DNA of 64,000 nt from NCBI GenBank assembly GCA_963837435.1, contig CAWINJ010000002.1, positions 316,457-380,456 on the forward strand, written 5' to 3'. Numbering within the stretch: the stretch's first letter is position 1; every line of letters starts with the position of its first letter. Under the pieces are notes generated by a model. The model worked only from the letters and a program-made list of their open reading frames with translations, was not told the DNA's origin and ran no database searches. Shown here piece by piece: positions 45,608-54,650 of the stretch. Source of the stretch: an uncultured Gammaproteobacteria bacterium. Its GTDB lineage: Bacteria; Pseudomonadota; Gammaproteobacteria; Steroidobacterales; Steroidobacteraceae. The translations under genes were made by a program, and so were the position numbers.

Positions 45608-46989
45608 CCTACCTTCGCATCTGCTCGTGGTTCCTATGCCTATGCGCCGCGGCGCACACCGGCATGGCGCACGCCGCGGCCTCCGACGTCGATGGCGCCG
45701 AGGCGCGACGCCTGGCGGCGCAGGTAAAACAGGAATTCCTGCATGCCTACCGGAACTACGAACGCTATGCCTGGGGCCATGACGAGCTTGAACCGCTGAG
45801 CAGAAGCCCGCGAGACTGGTACGGGCAGTCCCTGCTCATGACTCCCGTCGATGCGCTCGACACGCTCATTCTCATGAATTTGAAGGACGAGGCGGACAAG
45901 ACCCGGGCGCTGATCGATACGCAGCTGTCTTTCGATCGGGATGTCTACGTCAAGAATTTCGAGATCACCATTCGCATGCTGGGCGGGCTGTTGTCGGCCT
46001 ATCAATTGAGCGGCGATGAGCGCCTGTTGGCGTTGGCCCATGACCTGGGCAATCGACTGCTGCCGGCCTTCCACTCGCCGACGGGCCTGCCCTACCTATA
46101 TGTCAATCTTCGCACCGGCAAGGTGCGGGGTGCGCAGACCAATCCGGCGGAGACCGGCAGCCTCATCCTCGAATTCGGCACCTTGAGCAGGCTTACGGGC
46201 GAGCCTGTGTTTTTTGACGCCGCCAAGCGCGCGCTCGTTGCAACCTACCGGCGCCGCTCCGCCATTGGCCTGGTCGGCGACGGGATCGACGTCGAGACCG
46301 GCCGATGGACCGGCACCGATTCCCATATCAGCGGGGGTATCGACTCTTATTACGAATACCTATGGAAGTGCTGGAAGGTGTTCGGCGATCACGACTGCCT
46401 CGACATGTGGAACCACAGCATCGCCGCGGTCAACCAATACCTGGCGGACGATACCGGGGGCGAACTGTGGTACGGACACGCGGACATGAACAGCGGCAAG
46501 CGCGGCCGCACGGAGTATGGCGCACTGGACGCTTTCTTCCCCGGCCTTCTGGCTTTCGCCGGTCAAGTGGAGCGCGCCCGGCGCCTTCAAGACTCATCGT
46601 TCAAGATGTGGAACCAGTACGGCATCGAACCGGAAACGCTCGATTATCGCAGCATGAAAGTTGAGGACGCCGGCTATGCTCTGCGCCCGGAGATCGTCGA
46701 GTCCACCTTTTACTTGTATCGGCTCACCGGCGAGCAGCGCTATCGCTCGATGGGCCGAAGCCTATTCTTGGATTTCGTGAAGTATTGCCGCGCCCCCAAT
46801 GGCTATGCGGCGCTCGAGAGCGTCATCACGAAGCAGCAAAGGAATGCGATGCAGAGCTTCGTGTTCGCCGAAACCTTCAAGTATTTCTACCTGCTGTTCT
46901 CGCCGCCGGCGACGATTGATTTCGAGCACATCGTGTTCAATACCGAGGCGCACCCGTTGGCCAGATTTTCAACGCCCCGGGCCGACTGA
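45604..46989 (+). CDS. Secreted glycoside hydrolase family 47 (class I alpha-1,2-mannosidase-like)
   Basis: ATG 45604 overlaps the permease stop (ATGA). Signal peptide MTYLRICSWFLCLCAAAHTGMAHA. GH47 blocks FEITIRMLGGLLSAYQLSGD, AETGSLILEFGTLSRLTGE and YALRPEIVESTFYLYRLTGE. The track start at 44740 is an in-frame extension. Confidence 0.85.
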   Translation: MTYLRICSWFLCLCAAAHTGMAHAAASDVDGAEARRLAAQVKQEFLHAYRNYERYAWGHDELEPLSRSPRDWYGQSLLMTPVDALDTLILMNLKDEADKTRALIDTQLSFDRDVYVKNFEITIRMLGGLLSAYQLSGDERLLALAHDLGNRLLPAFHSPTGLPYLYVNLRTGKVRGAQTNPAETGSLILEFGTLSRLTGEPVFFDAAKRALVATYRRRSAIGLVGDGIDVETGRWTGTDSHISGGIDSYYEYLWKCWKVFGDHDCLDMWNHSIAAVNQYLADDTGGELWYGHADMNSGKRGRTEYGALDAFFPGLLAFAGQVERARRLQDSSFKMWNQYGIEPETLDYRSMKVEDAGYALRPEIVESTFYLYRLTGEQRYRSMGRSLFLDFVKYCRAPNGYAALESVITKQQRNAMQSFVFAETFKYFYLLFSPPATIDFEHIVFNTEAHPLARFSTPRAD

Positions 46990-47052
46990 CCGCGCTCCGG
47001 GCCCACTGAACCGGGCCCCGGCCCACTGAACTGCGCGCGTGGCCGATTGACC
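46980..47052. repeat. Degenerate tandem repeat with a 20-21-bp period, four copies of core GGCC(G/C)A(C/T)TGA(C/A)C
   Basis: Cores lie at 46980-46991 (GGCCGACTGACC, containing the GH47 stop), 47000-47011, 47020-47031 (both GGCCCACTGAAC) and 47041-47052 (GGCCGATTGACC). The array fills the gap between convergent genes. Confidence 0.65.
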
Positions 47053-47075
47053 TGCAGGGCCGTCGCCCCGCGCGC

Positions 47076-50000
47076 CTACCCGGCTTTCGACTGAAGATAC
47101 GCGGTCATCTTCCGGATCTCGGCCGCGAGGTTCTCGGCGAGGGCCGCGGTCTCGGTGCTCTCGGTCGAGCCCGCGGCGGACTCGAGCTGCGCTGCTGCGG
47201 CGGTCGCCGCCGGCGCGCGCAAGTTGGCGCTCGCGCCTTTGAGCGTGTGTGCGGAGATGCGCAGCGCCGCCGCGTCGCCCGTGTCCAGCGCTGCCGAGAT
47301 GGCCGCGAGCTCCCGAGTTCCGGTCGCCATGAACGCGTCAGCCAGATCGCGGGCAAATCCTTCATCGCCGTCGATGGATGCGAGCAATGCCTCCCAGTCG
47401 ATCGGCTGGTGCGCCGGCGCCGCAGCGGCAGAGTGCGCGGCGATGGATGTCAGCGCAGCAGGGTGGGCGCCGATCGGTGTCCGCACCGCGGGGTGCGCCA
47501 CAATCTCCGCCGCGCCCGCGCCGATGAGGAGGCGTTCCAGGCAGGCCTCGAGCTTCAACCGGTCGATCGGTTTGGACAGGTAGTCGTCCATGCCGGCGGC
47601 GCGGCATTTGGCTTCGTCGCCCGTCATGGCATGGGCCGTGAGCGCGACGATGGGGATGTGGCGCTTTCCCTCTTCGAGCCTGCGGATCTCGCGGGCGGCC
47701 TCGTAGCCGTCCATCTGTGGCATCTGACAGTCCATGATGATGAGGTCGTATTTTCCAGTCTGCCATGCAGCGACGGCAGCCAGCCCATCCGCGACGACGT
47801 CGACGCGGTACTGCATTTTTTCCAACAGCCGAGAGGCCACCTTCTGATTGACGGGATTGTCCTCGGCCAGCAGGATTCGATTGCGGGTTTGCGTGCGCTG
47901 CGCACGCAGTGCATGCCGCGTGATCATAGGTTGGCTTTGCAGGTGCCAGGAGTGCGCCGAGTTGGCCAAAACCAGGATCAGGCACTCGGTCAAGTCGCGC
48001 TGCGTAACCGGCTTCAGCAGATACGCTGCAAAGCCGATGTCCGCGAACACCTGGCCGTCGCCGCGCTGGCCCGAGGAGGTCAACAGGATCAAGCGGGTGG
48101 ATTTCAGGGTCTCATCGTGGACGATGCTGCTGCCCAGCTCGGCGCCGTCGCAATCAGGCATCAGGTGATCGAGCAGCGCCGCGTCGAAGGGGCGGCCCGC
48201 GGCGGCCGCCTGGCGCATGAGTGCCAGCGCCTCGTCCGCGGAGCTGGCCGATATGGGCTCCACTCCGCATAGAAGCAGTTGTCCCATCAGGACCTTGCGA
48301 TTGGTGGCGTTGTCATCCACCACCAGCACTCGCTGGCCCTTGATCGAGGTGGGGGCCGGATGCCGAAGCTGTGAGCTGCTTACCACCGGCGCGAAGTGCG
48401 CCGTGAACCAGAAAAGCGAGCCCACGCCTTCGACGCTTTCAACGCCGGTCTCACCGCCCATCAGCTCGACCAATCGGCGCACGATGGACAATCCGAGGCC
48501 CGTGCCGCCGAATCGGCGGGTCGTCGAGGTGTCCACTTGCATGAAGGGCGCAAACAGGGACTCCAACCGATCGGCAGGTATGCCGATGCCGGTGTCGCGT
48601 ACCTCGCAGCGTACCGTGGTGCCGCTCTCGCCGGTAGCGAGCACCTTGATCTCGAGCGAGACCTCCCCCTTGGTGGTGAACTTGACGGCATTGCCGGCGA
48701 GATTCAAGAGGATCTGGCGGATACGGCCCGCATCGCCCTTTACCAGGTCAGGGAGCCTCGCATCGATCTGGGCGGTGAGCTCGAGCCCCTTGGCATGGGC
48801 TTGAATCGACAGGAGCCGCGCGACATCTTCGAAAGTATCGCGCAAGTCCACGTCCACCTGCTCGAGCTCGAGCTTGCCGGCCTCGACCTTGGAGAAATCC
48901 AGAATATCGTTGATGACCGTCAGCAGTGAGGTGCCGCTGTCGCGGATGGTTTCGGCATAGTCGCGTTGCAGGGCATCGAGCTTGGTGTCGAGCAAGAGCT
49001 CCGTCATGCCGAGCACGCCGTTCATCGGTGTGCGGATTTCGTGGCTCATGTTGGCGAGAAAATCGCTCTTTGCGCGATTGGCGGACTCCGCTACCTCCTT
49101 GGCTCGCAGCGTTTCGATGGCGGCCGCCTTCAGATCGGTGACGTCGAGCACGATCCCCTGCATTTCCAGCGGCTGGCCGCGGGCATCGCAGCGTGCGGCC
49201 ACCGCCGCGCGTACGTGTTTGACCACGCCGTCGACGACGAAACGGTGATCGAGCGCACGCGAACCGCCGGCGGTCGCGAGATCGGCCAGCATGTTCTCGA
49301 CCAATGCGTGGTCTTCCGGATGAGTGCCCGAGAGATAGGCCGTGACCGGCCGGCCGCTCTCCGCGGGAGCGCCCAGAAGATGCCGAAGCTCACTGGACAT
49401 CGATCCTTCATGGGTTCGGAGGTTTGTATACCAAGTCCCGAGGTTGGCGAATTGCTGGGCGCGCTTCAGCTCATCCTCGGTGTGTGCCTGGGCGGCCATG
49501 GCGCGCCGCCGGGCGATCTGCGCCCGCCAGATGGCAACGCCGTTGAGGAAGGCGAGGGCGCCGGCGATCAAGACACCGAGCACGGCCGACACGTCGACCC
49601 GCCGGACCAGCTCGCGGTACCGGTCGGCGCGAACCGTGATGCCCACGTAGCCCGTCATCTCTCCATCGCGCGCGAATACCGGAGCATGGGCGCGGATTCC
49701 CATTCCCCATGCCGTGGCGGTGGGTTCCTTTTCCACGGTCAGGCGATGCGTTCTGGATACCTCTCGCTCTCCCGGGCTCGGCGCGTCCACCTCCATGGGC
49801 GGCGAATGGTTCGGCCGGCCCGCCTCATCGAAGGTGCCTTGCCGTGTCCCATCGAGTATGAAATGCATGACATCGCCCTGCATGGCACCGACGTAGGCGA
49901 AGCGGATGTCGGGATTCGTATCGAGCAGCACGCGAAGCGGCCGGGCAGCGCGGTTATAGTCGGGCGTACCGTCCTGATTGGCGTTGTTGATGGTCCGCAG

Positions 50001-50243
50001 CTGGTCGCCGTCGATGAGCGCGGCCGTGCCGGCCGCGGTGCGCGCGAGGTAGGTCCTGACGTCCTCCAAGAGAATCTGCCGCACGATGACGTCCACCACG
50101 GCGATACCCGCAATGGCGGTTCCCCAGGCGATGAGACCGCCGGCGACCGCGGACAACAGGGGCCGTGCCTCGTAGTTTCGGCGGCGCGCCAGCCCAGGCA
50201 GGTGCGAGACTAGCCGTTTCCACAGGGGCGTCGGGTTTGTCAT
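47076..50243 (-). CDS. Hybrid sensor histidine kinase (periplasmic Cache-like domain, PAS, HisKA, HATPase, two receiver domains, C-terminal HPt)
   Basis: 1055 aa. H-box [17 protein letters not shown]-boxes DTGIGI and [13 protein letters not shown]. Receivers [14 protein letters not shown]...DHLMPDCDG and [14 protein letters not shown]...[10 protein letters not shown]. HPt [12 protein letters not shown]. Confidence 0.9.
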   Translation of the reverse strand: MTNPTPLWKRLVSHLPGLARRRNYEARPLLSAVAGGLIAWGTAIAGIAVVDVIVRQILLEDVRTYLARTAAGTAALIDGDQLRTINNANQDGTPDYNRAARPLRVLLDTNPDIRFAYVGAMQGDVMHFILDGTRQGTFDEAGRPNHSPPMEVDAPSPGEREVSRTHRLTVEKEPTATAWGMGIRAHAPVFARDGEMTGYVGITVRADRYRELVRRVDVSAVLGVLIAGALAFLNGVAIWRAQIARRRAMAAQAHTEDELKRAQQFANLGTWYTNLRTHEGSMSSELRHLLGAPAESGRPVTAYLSGTHPEDHALVENMLADLATAGGSRALDHRFVVDGVVKHVRAAVAARCDARGQPLEMQGIVLDVTDLKAAAIETLRAKEVAESANRAKSDFLANMSHEIRTPMNGVLGMTELLLDTKLDALQRDYAETIRDSGTSLLTVINDILDFSKVEAGKLELEQVDVDLRDTFEDVARLLSIQAHAKGLELTAQIDARLPDLVKGDAGRIRQILLNLAGNAVKFTTKGEVSLEIKVLATGESGTTVRCEVRDTGIGIPADRLESLFAPFMQVDTSTTRRFGGTGLGLSIVRRLVELMGGETGVESVEGVGSLFWFTAHFAPVVSSSQLRHPAPTSIKGQRVLVVDDNATNRKVLMGQLLLCGVEPISASSADEALALMRQAAAAGRPFDAALLDHLMPDCDGAELGSSIVHDETLKSTRLILLTSSGQRGDGQVFADIGFAAYLLKPVTQRDLTECLILVLANSAHSWHLQSQPMITRHALRAQRTQTRNRILLAEDNPVNQKVASRLLEKMQYRVDVVADGLAAVAAWQTGKYDLIIMDCQMPQMDGYEAAREIRRLEEGKRHIPIVALTAHAMTGDEAKCRAAGMDDYLSKPIDRLKLEACLERLLIGAGAAEIVAHPAVRTPIGAHPAALTSIAAHSAAAAPAHQPIDWEALLASIDGDEGFARDLADAFMATGTRELAAISAALDTGDAAALRISAHTLKGASANLRAPAATAAAAQLESAAGSTESTETAALAENLAAEIRKMTAYLQSKAG

Positions 50244-50511
50244 AGTGATTTATCGGTCCACGGCGCTAAGTCTTGAGGCGGTGAGAGCCGGCTCGGCCGG
50301 CTGCTCTTTCCGTCAAGGAACCCCGAGAATAGTCCGTTAGAGTGTCCCCTGGCCACGGCCAGGCGCGTGAACCGAGAAGCGCATCTCGAAGCTGCGGCCT
50401 TGCGGCTCCCCTTCCGCCAAATTAAGGGCGGCCGCCCCGGCCCCGGGGCTTGACCAATCGAGGCCGTTCGGTCAGGTTTCGCGACTGGGACGCCACCCGA
50501 AAGGAACAACA

Positions 50512-52266
50512 ATGAATGACTTGGGGATGCGGGCGCTGCTGGCGCTGGCCGCCACGTGCCTGATGGCAGCGCCTTGGGCTAGAATTTCCGCCCACTCCGC
50601 CGTCGAGGGCACCTCCTTCTCGATTGCCCTGTCGCCGGCGGGCGGCGGGCCGCCGCTCGACGGCCGCGTGATCCTGATGGTGAGCGCTGACTTGACCCGC
50701 GAGCCACGCACTCATGTGGAGCCCGATGAGCCGCTCGCCAGCCCGTATCTGTTTGGATTGAACGTCGATGGCCTGGCCCCGGGGCGGGCCGTGGTGCTCG
50801 ATGACAATGCCTTCGGCTGGCCCGCCCGGCGCCTCTCCGCCGTGCCCGCGGGCGACTACCTGGTCCAGGCCGTGCTGAATCGCTACGACACCTATCGCAT
50901 GCCCGACGGCCGCGTTCTGAAGCTGCCGCCCGATCACGGCGAGGGTCAGCAATGGGCGCGCAAGCCCGGAAACCTCTACTCCACGCCCATCCGCGTGCAT
51001 ATCGACCCATCGCATCCGCTCAGAACCGCACTGGTTCTCGATCAGCAAATCGCGGCGATTCCCGACAAGGCGGACACGGAGTTCGTCCGCCATGTGCGCA
51101 TCCGCAGTGAGCTGCTGTCGCGTTTCTGGGGGCGGGATGTATTCATCGGTGCGCATGTCCTGGTGCCCCAAGGCTTCGATTCACACCCGCAGGCACGCTA
51201 TCCGCTCATGGTCTTTCACGGGCATTTTCCCGACGACATTTCGGAGTTCCGCACCACGCCGCCCGATCCGGATCTGAAGCCGGATTTCTCGCAGCGCTTC
51301 CATCTGGCGGGATACAACCGGATTCAGCAGCAGGAAGCGTATGCCTTCTATCAGAAGTGGATTTCCAAGGATTTTCCGCGATTTCTGGTCATCGAAATCG
51401 AACATGCGAATCCGTACTTCGACGATAGCTACGCCGTGAACTCGGCGAATCTCGGCCCCTACGGCGATGCCATCAACCGGGAGCTGATCCCTGAAATCGA
51501 GCGCCGCTTCCGCGGCATCGGGGCCGGCTGGGCCCGCTTCACCTACGGCGGTTCGACCGGCGGTTGGGAGGCGCTCGCGACCCAGGTCTTCTATCCGGAC
51601 ATGTACAACGGAGCGTTCGCGGCCTGCCCGGACCCGATCGATTTTCGCGCCTATACCGTCATCAATCTCTACCAGGATGCCAACGCCTATGTGCTGAAGG
51701 GCGAGGCCAGTTCGGTGGAGCGCCCGGCGTTCCGCAACTATCTGGGCGAGGTGTTCGCGACGCAGCGCGACGCCAACTACATGGAATTGGCGCAGGGCGA
51801 CCGCAGCCGCTCCGGCGGCCAGTACGACATCTGGCAGGCGGTGTTCGGGCCGGTCGGAGAGGATGGTTATCCCAAGCCCATATTCGACAAGGTTACGGGC
51901 AATATCGACAAGAGCGTGGCGGCCTATTGGCGCGAGCACTACGACCTGTCCTACATCATTGCACGCGACTGGGGGACGCTTGCGCCCAAGCTGCAGGGAA
52001 AAATTCACATCTACGTGGGCAACGGCGACAACTACTACCTGACCGACTCAGTGTATTTCGCGCAGGAGCGCCTCGAGGCATTGCAGCCCAAATACCAGGG
52101 CACGGTGGCCTATGGCGATCGTGCCGAGCACTGCTGGAACGGCGATCCGAAGCTCTCCAATGCCTACTCGCGCCTGCATTACGATTTTCAGTATCTGCCC
52201 GTCATTCTCGAGCGCATCGCCGCCTCCGCGCCGACGGGCGCGGATCTGACGAGCTGGCGCTACTGA
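50512..52266 (+). CDS. Secreted esterase-like alpha/beta-fold protein (putative esterase / enterochelin-esterase-like family)
   Basis: 584 aa. Signal peptide MNDLGMRALLALAATCLMAAPWARISA. The C-terminal half has FTYGGSTGGWEA (GxSxG-like elbow). Functional assignment is weak. Confidence 0.5.
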   Translation: MNDLGMRALLALAATCLMAAPWARISAHSAVEGTSFSIALSPAGGGPPLDGRVILMVSADLTREPRTHVEPDEPLASPYLFGLNVDGLAPGRAVVLDDNAFGWPARRLSAVPAGDYLVQAVLNRYDTYRMPDGRVLKLPPDHGEGQQWARKPGNLYSTPIRVHIDPSHPLRTALVLDQQIAAIPDKADTEFVRHVRIRSELLSRFWGRDVFIGAHVLVPQGFDSHPQARYPLMVFHGHFPDDISEFRTTPPDPDLKPDFSQRFHLAGYNRIQQQEAYAFYQKWISKDFPRFLVIEIEHANPYFDDSYAVNSANLGPYGDAINRELIPEIERRFRGIGAGWARFTYGGSTGGWEALATQVFYPDMYNGAFAACPDPIDFRAYTVINLYQDANAYVLKGEASSVERPAFRNYLGEVFATQRDANYMELAQGDRSRSGGQYDIWQAVFGPVGEDGYPKPIFDKVTGNIDKSVAAYWREHYDLSYIIARDWGTLAPKLQGKIHIYVGNGDNYYLTDSVYFAQERLEALQPKYQGTVAYGDRAEHCWNGDPKLSNAYSRLHYDFQYLPVILERIAASAPTGADLTSWRY

Positions 52267-52273
52267 ACTTCGC

Positions 52274-53044
52274 TCACGGCACGCTGAGGATGGCCTTGAT
52301 AGTCACGCTCGCCGGATCGAATACCGCGAGCAGGGGGAAGCCGCGCCCGATCAGCGGCATGGCATTGGGCTGATCCGTCGCCAATCCGGCCGCCCGCATG
52401 CGCTCTTTGAGCTGCTTTTTTTGATGGCCGATGAAGTAAGCGACATCATCCACTTTCTTGAGACGGAGCCGAAGAGTCGGCAGGCCTTGATTCCAAGGCT
52501 TGAAATACCGCGGCATCGAGATCACATCGTCGCCCCCTTTGATCGCCGAGAGGACGATGTGCTGGCTCACCGAGTTGTCCGCAGGCAGCGGCGCCCAGAC
52601 CCATCGCGGCCGGCTGTACCAGTGGGCGGCAAATTCCGGATTCAGCCGGCGCCCGTCAGCGGCTTCCTGGGCATCGATATCGTAGGCCTGGACGAGCTGC
52701 AGCACGGTCTCGGAATAGGCGTAATACAGCGGCCTGCCGTCCCAGAGCGACACCGAGCCGTAAGTGAGTGCGCACAGCTGGACGAAGACAATCATCGAAA
52801 TGTCGCGCGCCAGTTCACGCCGCGGCTTGCTCGCACGCGCGACGATGAAGGTCAGCAGGGGTCCTACGACGACGTCAACTCCCACCATCACGATGACCAC
52901 GTGAGCGACATCGGTCAGACGCCAGCCCGGCGAGTAGTACCATCCAAAATAAAGCGCGCCGAGTATCAGCGACAGTACGCAGGCGCTCGCACTGAGGTGC
53001 AATCCCAATGCCTTGAGTCTGAATCTCATAGGCCTATTTTCCAT
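52274..53044 (-). CDS. Membrane protein, possibly a TfpX/TfpZ(FimB)-type type IV pilin accessory protein
   Basis: 256 aa. Three N-terminal TM helices with VDVVVGPLLTFIVARASKPRRELARD between them, then a soluble domain. The family call rests on my recollection of the architecture and the PRRELxRD-type loop only. Confidence 0.4.
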   Translation of the reverse strand: MENRPMRFRLKALGLHLSASACVLSLILGALYFGWYYSPGWRLTDVAHVVIVMVGVDVVVGPLLTFIVARASKPRRELARDISMIVFVQLCALTYGSVSLWDGRPLYYAYSETVLQLVQAYDIDAQEAADGRRLNPEFAAHWYSRPRWVWAPLPADNSVSQHIVLSAIKGGDDVISMPRYFKPWNQGLPTLRLRLKKVDDVAYFIGHQKKQLKERMRAAGLATDQPNAMPLIGRGFPLLAVFDPASVTIKAILSVP

Positions 53045-53149
53045 AAATCAGCGGGCATTTGAAGCGAAATGCTCGGGCGCCTGAAGATTCTGCAGAATCG
53101 GTCACACAGCCGCGTCCCTCCCGGCGGCGATGAGCGGGCCAGCCGGCGC

Positions 53150-53210
53150 GGGGTCAAACCAGAAGGAGCTGAGGTGAAGGCAGAAGGAGTTGGGGTCAAG
53201 GCAGAACGAT
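53150..53210. repeat. Imperfect tandem repeat with a 20-21-bp period, three copies (GGGGTCAA-GCAGAAGGAG-like)
   Basis: Units GGGGTCAAACCAGAAGGAG (53150-53168), CTGAGGTGAAGGCAGAAGGAG (53169-53189) and TTGGGGTCAAGGCAGAACGAT (53190-53210). The array overlaps the ppgK stop codon (53196-53198, minus strand). Confidence 0.5.
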
Positions 53211-53918
53211 GCCGCGCCGCCGGCCCTTGGCGGTGGTCGAGGGGGAGGCCGCGTGATGCCACACGCGAAAGCCACCGAGAAAGGCGAAGTTATTGTCGCC
53301 GAAGCGCGCGTTTTTCGGCAGGCGCTTGAGCTTGCGGGCATTGCCGCCGCCGATGACCACATAGTCGGCTTCGAGCAAGGTGCTCAGCTGCGCCACGACT
53401 TCTCTGACGGTGCGGCGCCATTTCTTGCCGCCCAAGCGCTTCAGGCCGTCCGCGCCGACGTACTCCTCGTAGGTTCGCCCTTTCTTGTACGGTAGATGCG
53501 CCAGTTCCATGGGGGCGACGACGCCGTCGACGATCATGGCGGAGCCAAGGCCCGTGCCAAGGCCGAGGAACAGCATCCGGCCGCCCTCATAGCTGCCGAC
53601 CGCTTGCATCGCGGCGTCGTTCATCACATGAGTGGGCCGGCCGAAGGCCTTGCGAAAATTGAATCCGACCCAGCCGCGCCCGAGATTGTGCGGCTCGGCG
53701 ATCACCTTGCCGTGCAGGACGACTCCGGGGTATCCGATGGAGACGGCATCGTAATTCCAGTCCCCGACGAGTTCATGAACGCGCGCCACCATTCGGCGCG
53801 GCGTCAGCTGCGGCCCCGACTCGAATTGCCGCAATTCGCGCCGGCCGAATACGCGCATCTTCACATGGCTGCCGCCGACATCGATGGCGAGTATCCGCCG
53901 GTATTGTTTTGGCTCCAT
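53196..53918 (-). CDS. ppgK: ROK-family polyphosphate/ATP glucokinase
   Basis: 240 aa. ILAIDVGGSHVKM (phosphate-1), VMNDAAMQAVG, LGLGTGLGSAMIVDG. Size and motifs fit the short PpgK type. Confidence 0.75.
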   Translation of the reverse strand: MEPKQYRRILAIDVGGSHVKMRVFGRRELRQFESGPQLTPRRMVARVHELVGDWNYDAVSIGYPGVVLHGKVIAEPHNLGRGWVGFNFRKAFGRPTHVMNDAAMQAVGSYEGGRMLFLGLGTGLGSAMIVDGVVAPMELAHLPYKKGRTYEEYVGADGLKRLGGKKWRRTVREVVAQLSTLLEADYVVIGGGNARKLKRLPKNARFGDNNFAFLGGFRVWHHAASPSTTAKGRRRGIVLP

Positions 53919-53982
53919 ACCCGCGACAATACCTCAATCCGGCCTGCAACGTGTCCACCGGGATCGATATCCATTAGGCTAG

Positions 53983-54627
53983 GTGCATGCCGAAGCCTGG
54001 TTGCCGCAGAAACTCGACATGCACGACCCATTGACCGACCTGACCCGCGCGATCGGCGCGCACCTGGCGCATTCCAATGCATCGCCGCAGGCGGCGCACG
54101 CGGAAATAGATCATCTGCAGCGCGCGGTTCGAGCGGCGGAGGTAAGGCCTCAATACGCCGCCGTGCCCGCGCGGGACTATGGGGCGATTCTGGGCTCGGC
54201 GATCGACGTCGGCATCGAGACGGGGATTGCCGCCATTGCGACCGCCTTGGGCGCGCTGCCCCGTGCGCTGCCGTGGGACTATCAGTATTCGCCTCGCCCG
54301 GGCGCCGGCGATCTCGCGCGGAAGATCGGATTCGCCGAGTTGATAGGGCCGGATGGCCCGATGGATGCGCCGCATTGCCGGGTCGGATTCACGCTCATTG
54401 CGCCCAATACCTTGTATCCCGCGCATGCGCATCCGGCGACCGAATTGTACTTGGTCATTTCCGGCCATGCCGAGTGGTCGGCATCGGGTGTGCGGCGAAT
54501 CGTGCCGCCCGGCGGGTTCGTGCTGCATCAGTCCAACGAGCCGCACGCAATGCGCACCTTTGCCGAACCTCTGCTGGCCCTGTATAGCTGGAGCGGCGAT
54601 CTCGACACAGCAGCTTTTTATCTCTAG
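53983..54627 (+). CDS. Cupin-fold protein, DMSP-lyase (DddL)-family-like
   Basis: Cupin motifs YPAHAHPATELYLVISGHAEW and VPPGGFVLHQSNEPHAMRT. About 200-214 aa. GTG 53983 or ATG 54019 is the start. Confidence 0.5.
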   Translation: MHAEAWLPQKLDMHDPLTDLTRAIGAHLAHSNASPQAAHAEIDHLQRAVRAAEVRPQYAAVPARDYGAILGSAIDVGIETGIAAIATALGALPRALPWDYQYSPRPGAGDLARKIGFAELIGPDGPMDAPHCRVGFTLIAPNTLYPAHAHPATELYLVISGHAEWSASGVRRIVPPGGFVLHQSNEPHAMRTFAEPLLALYSWSGDLDTAAFYL

Positions 54628-54650
54628 TGCCCGCCGTGGCAGGGTGATGC

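Noticed and set aside
47076-50243. GacS/BarA ortholog controlling the Csr system
   Set aside because: The domain order (Cache, PAS, two REC domains, no HAMP) differs from GacS/BarA. No Rsm/Csr sRNA-like GGA-repeat locus was seen in the window.
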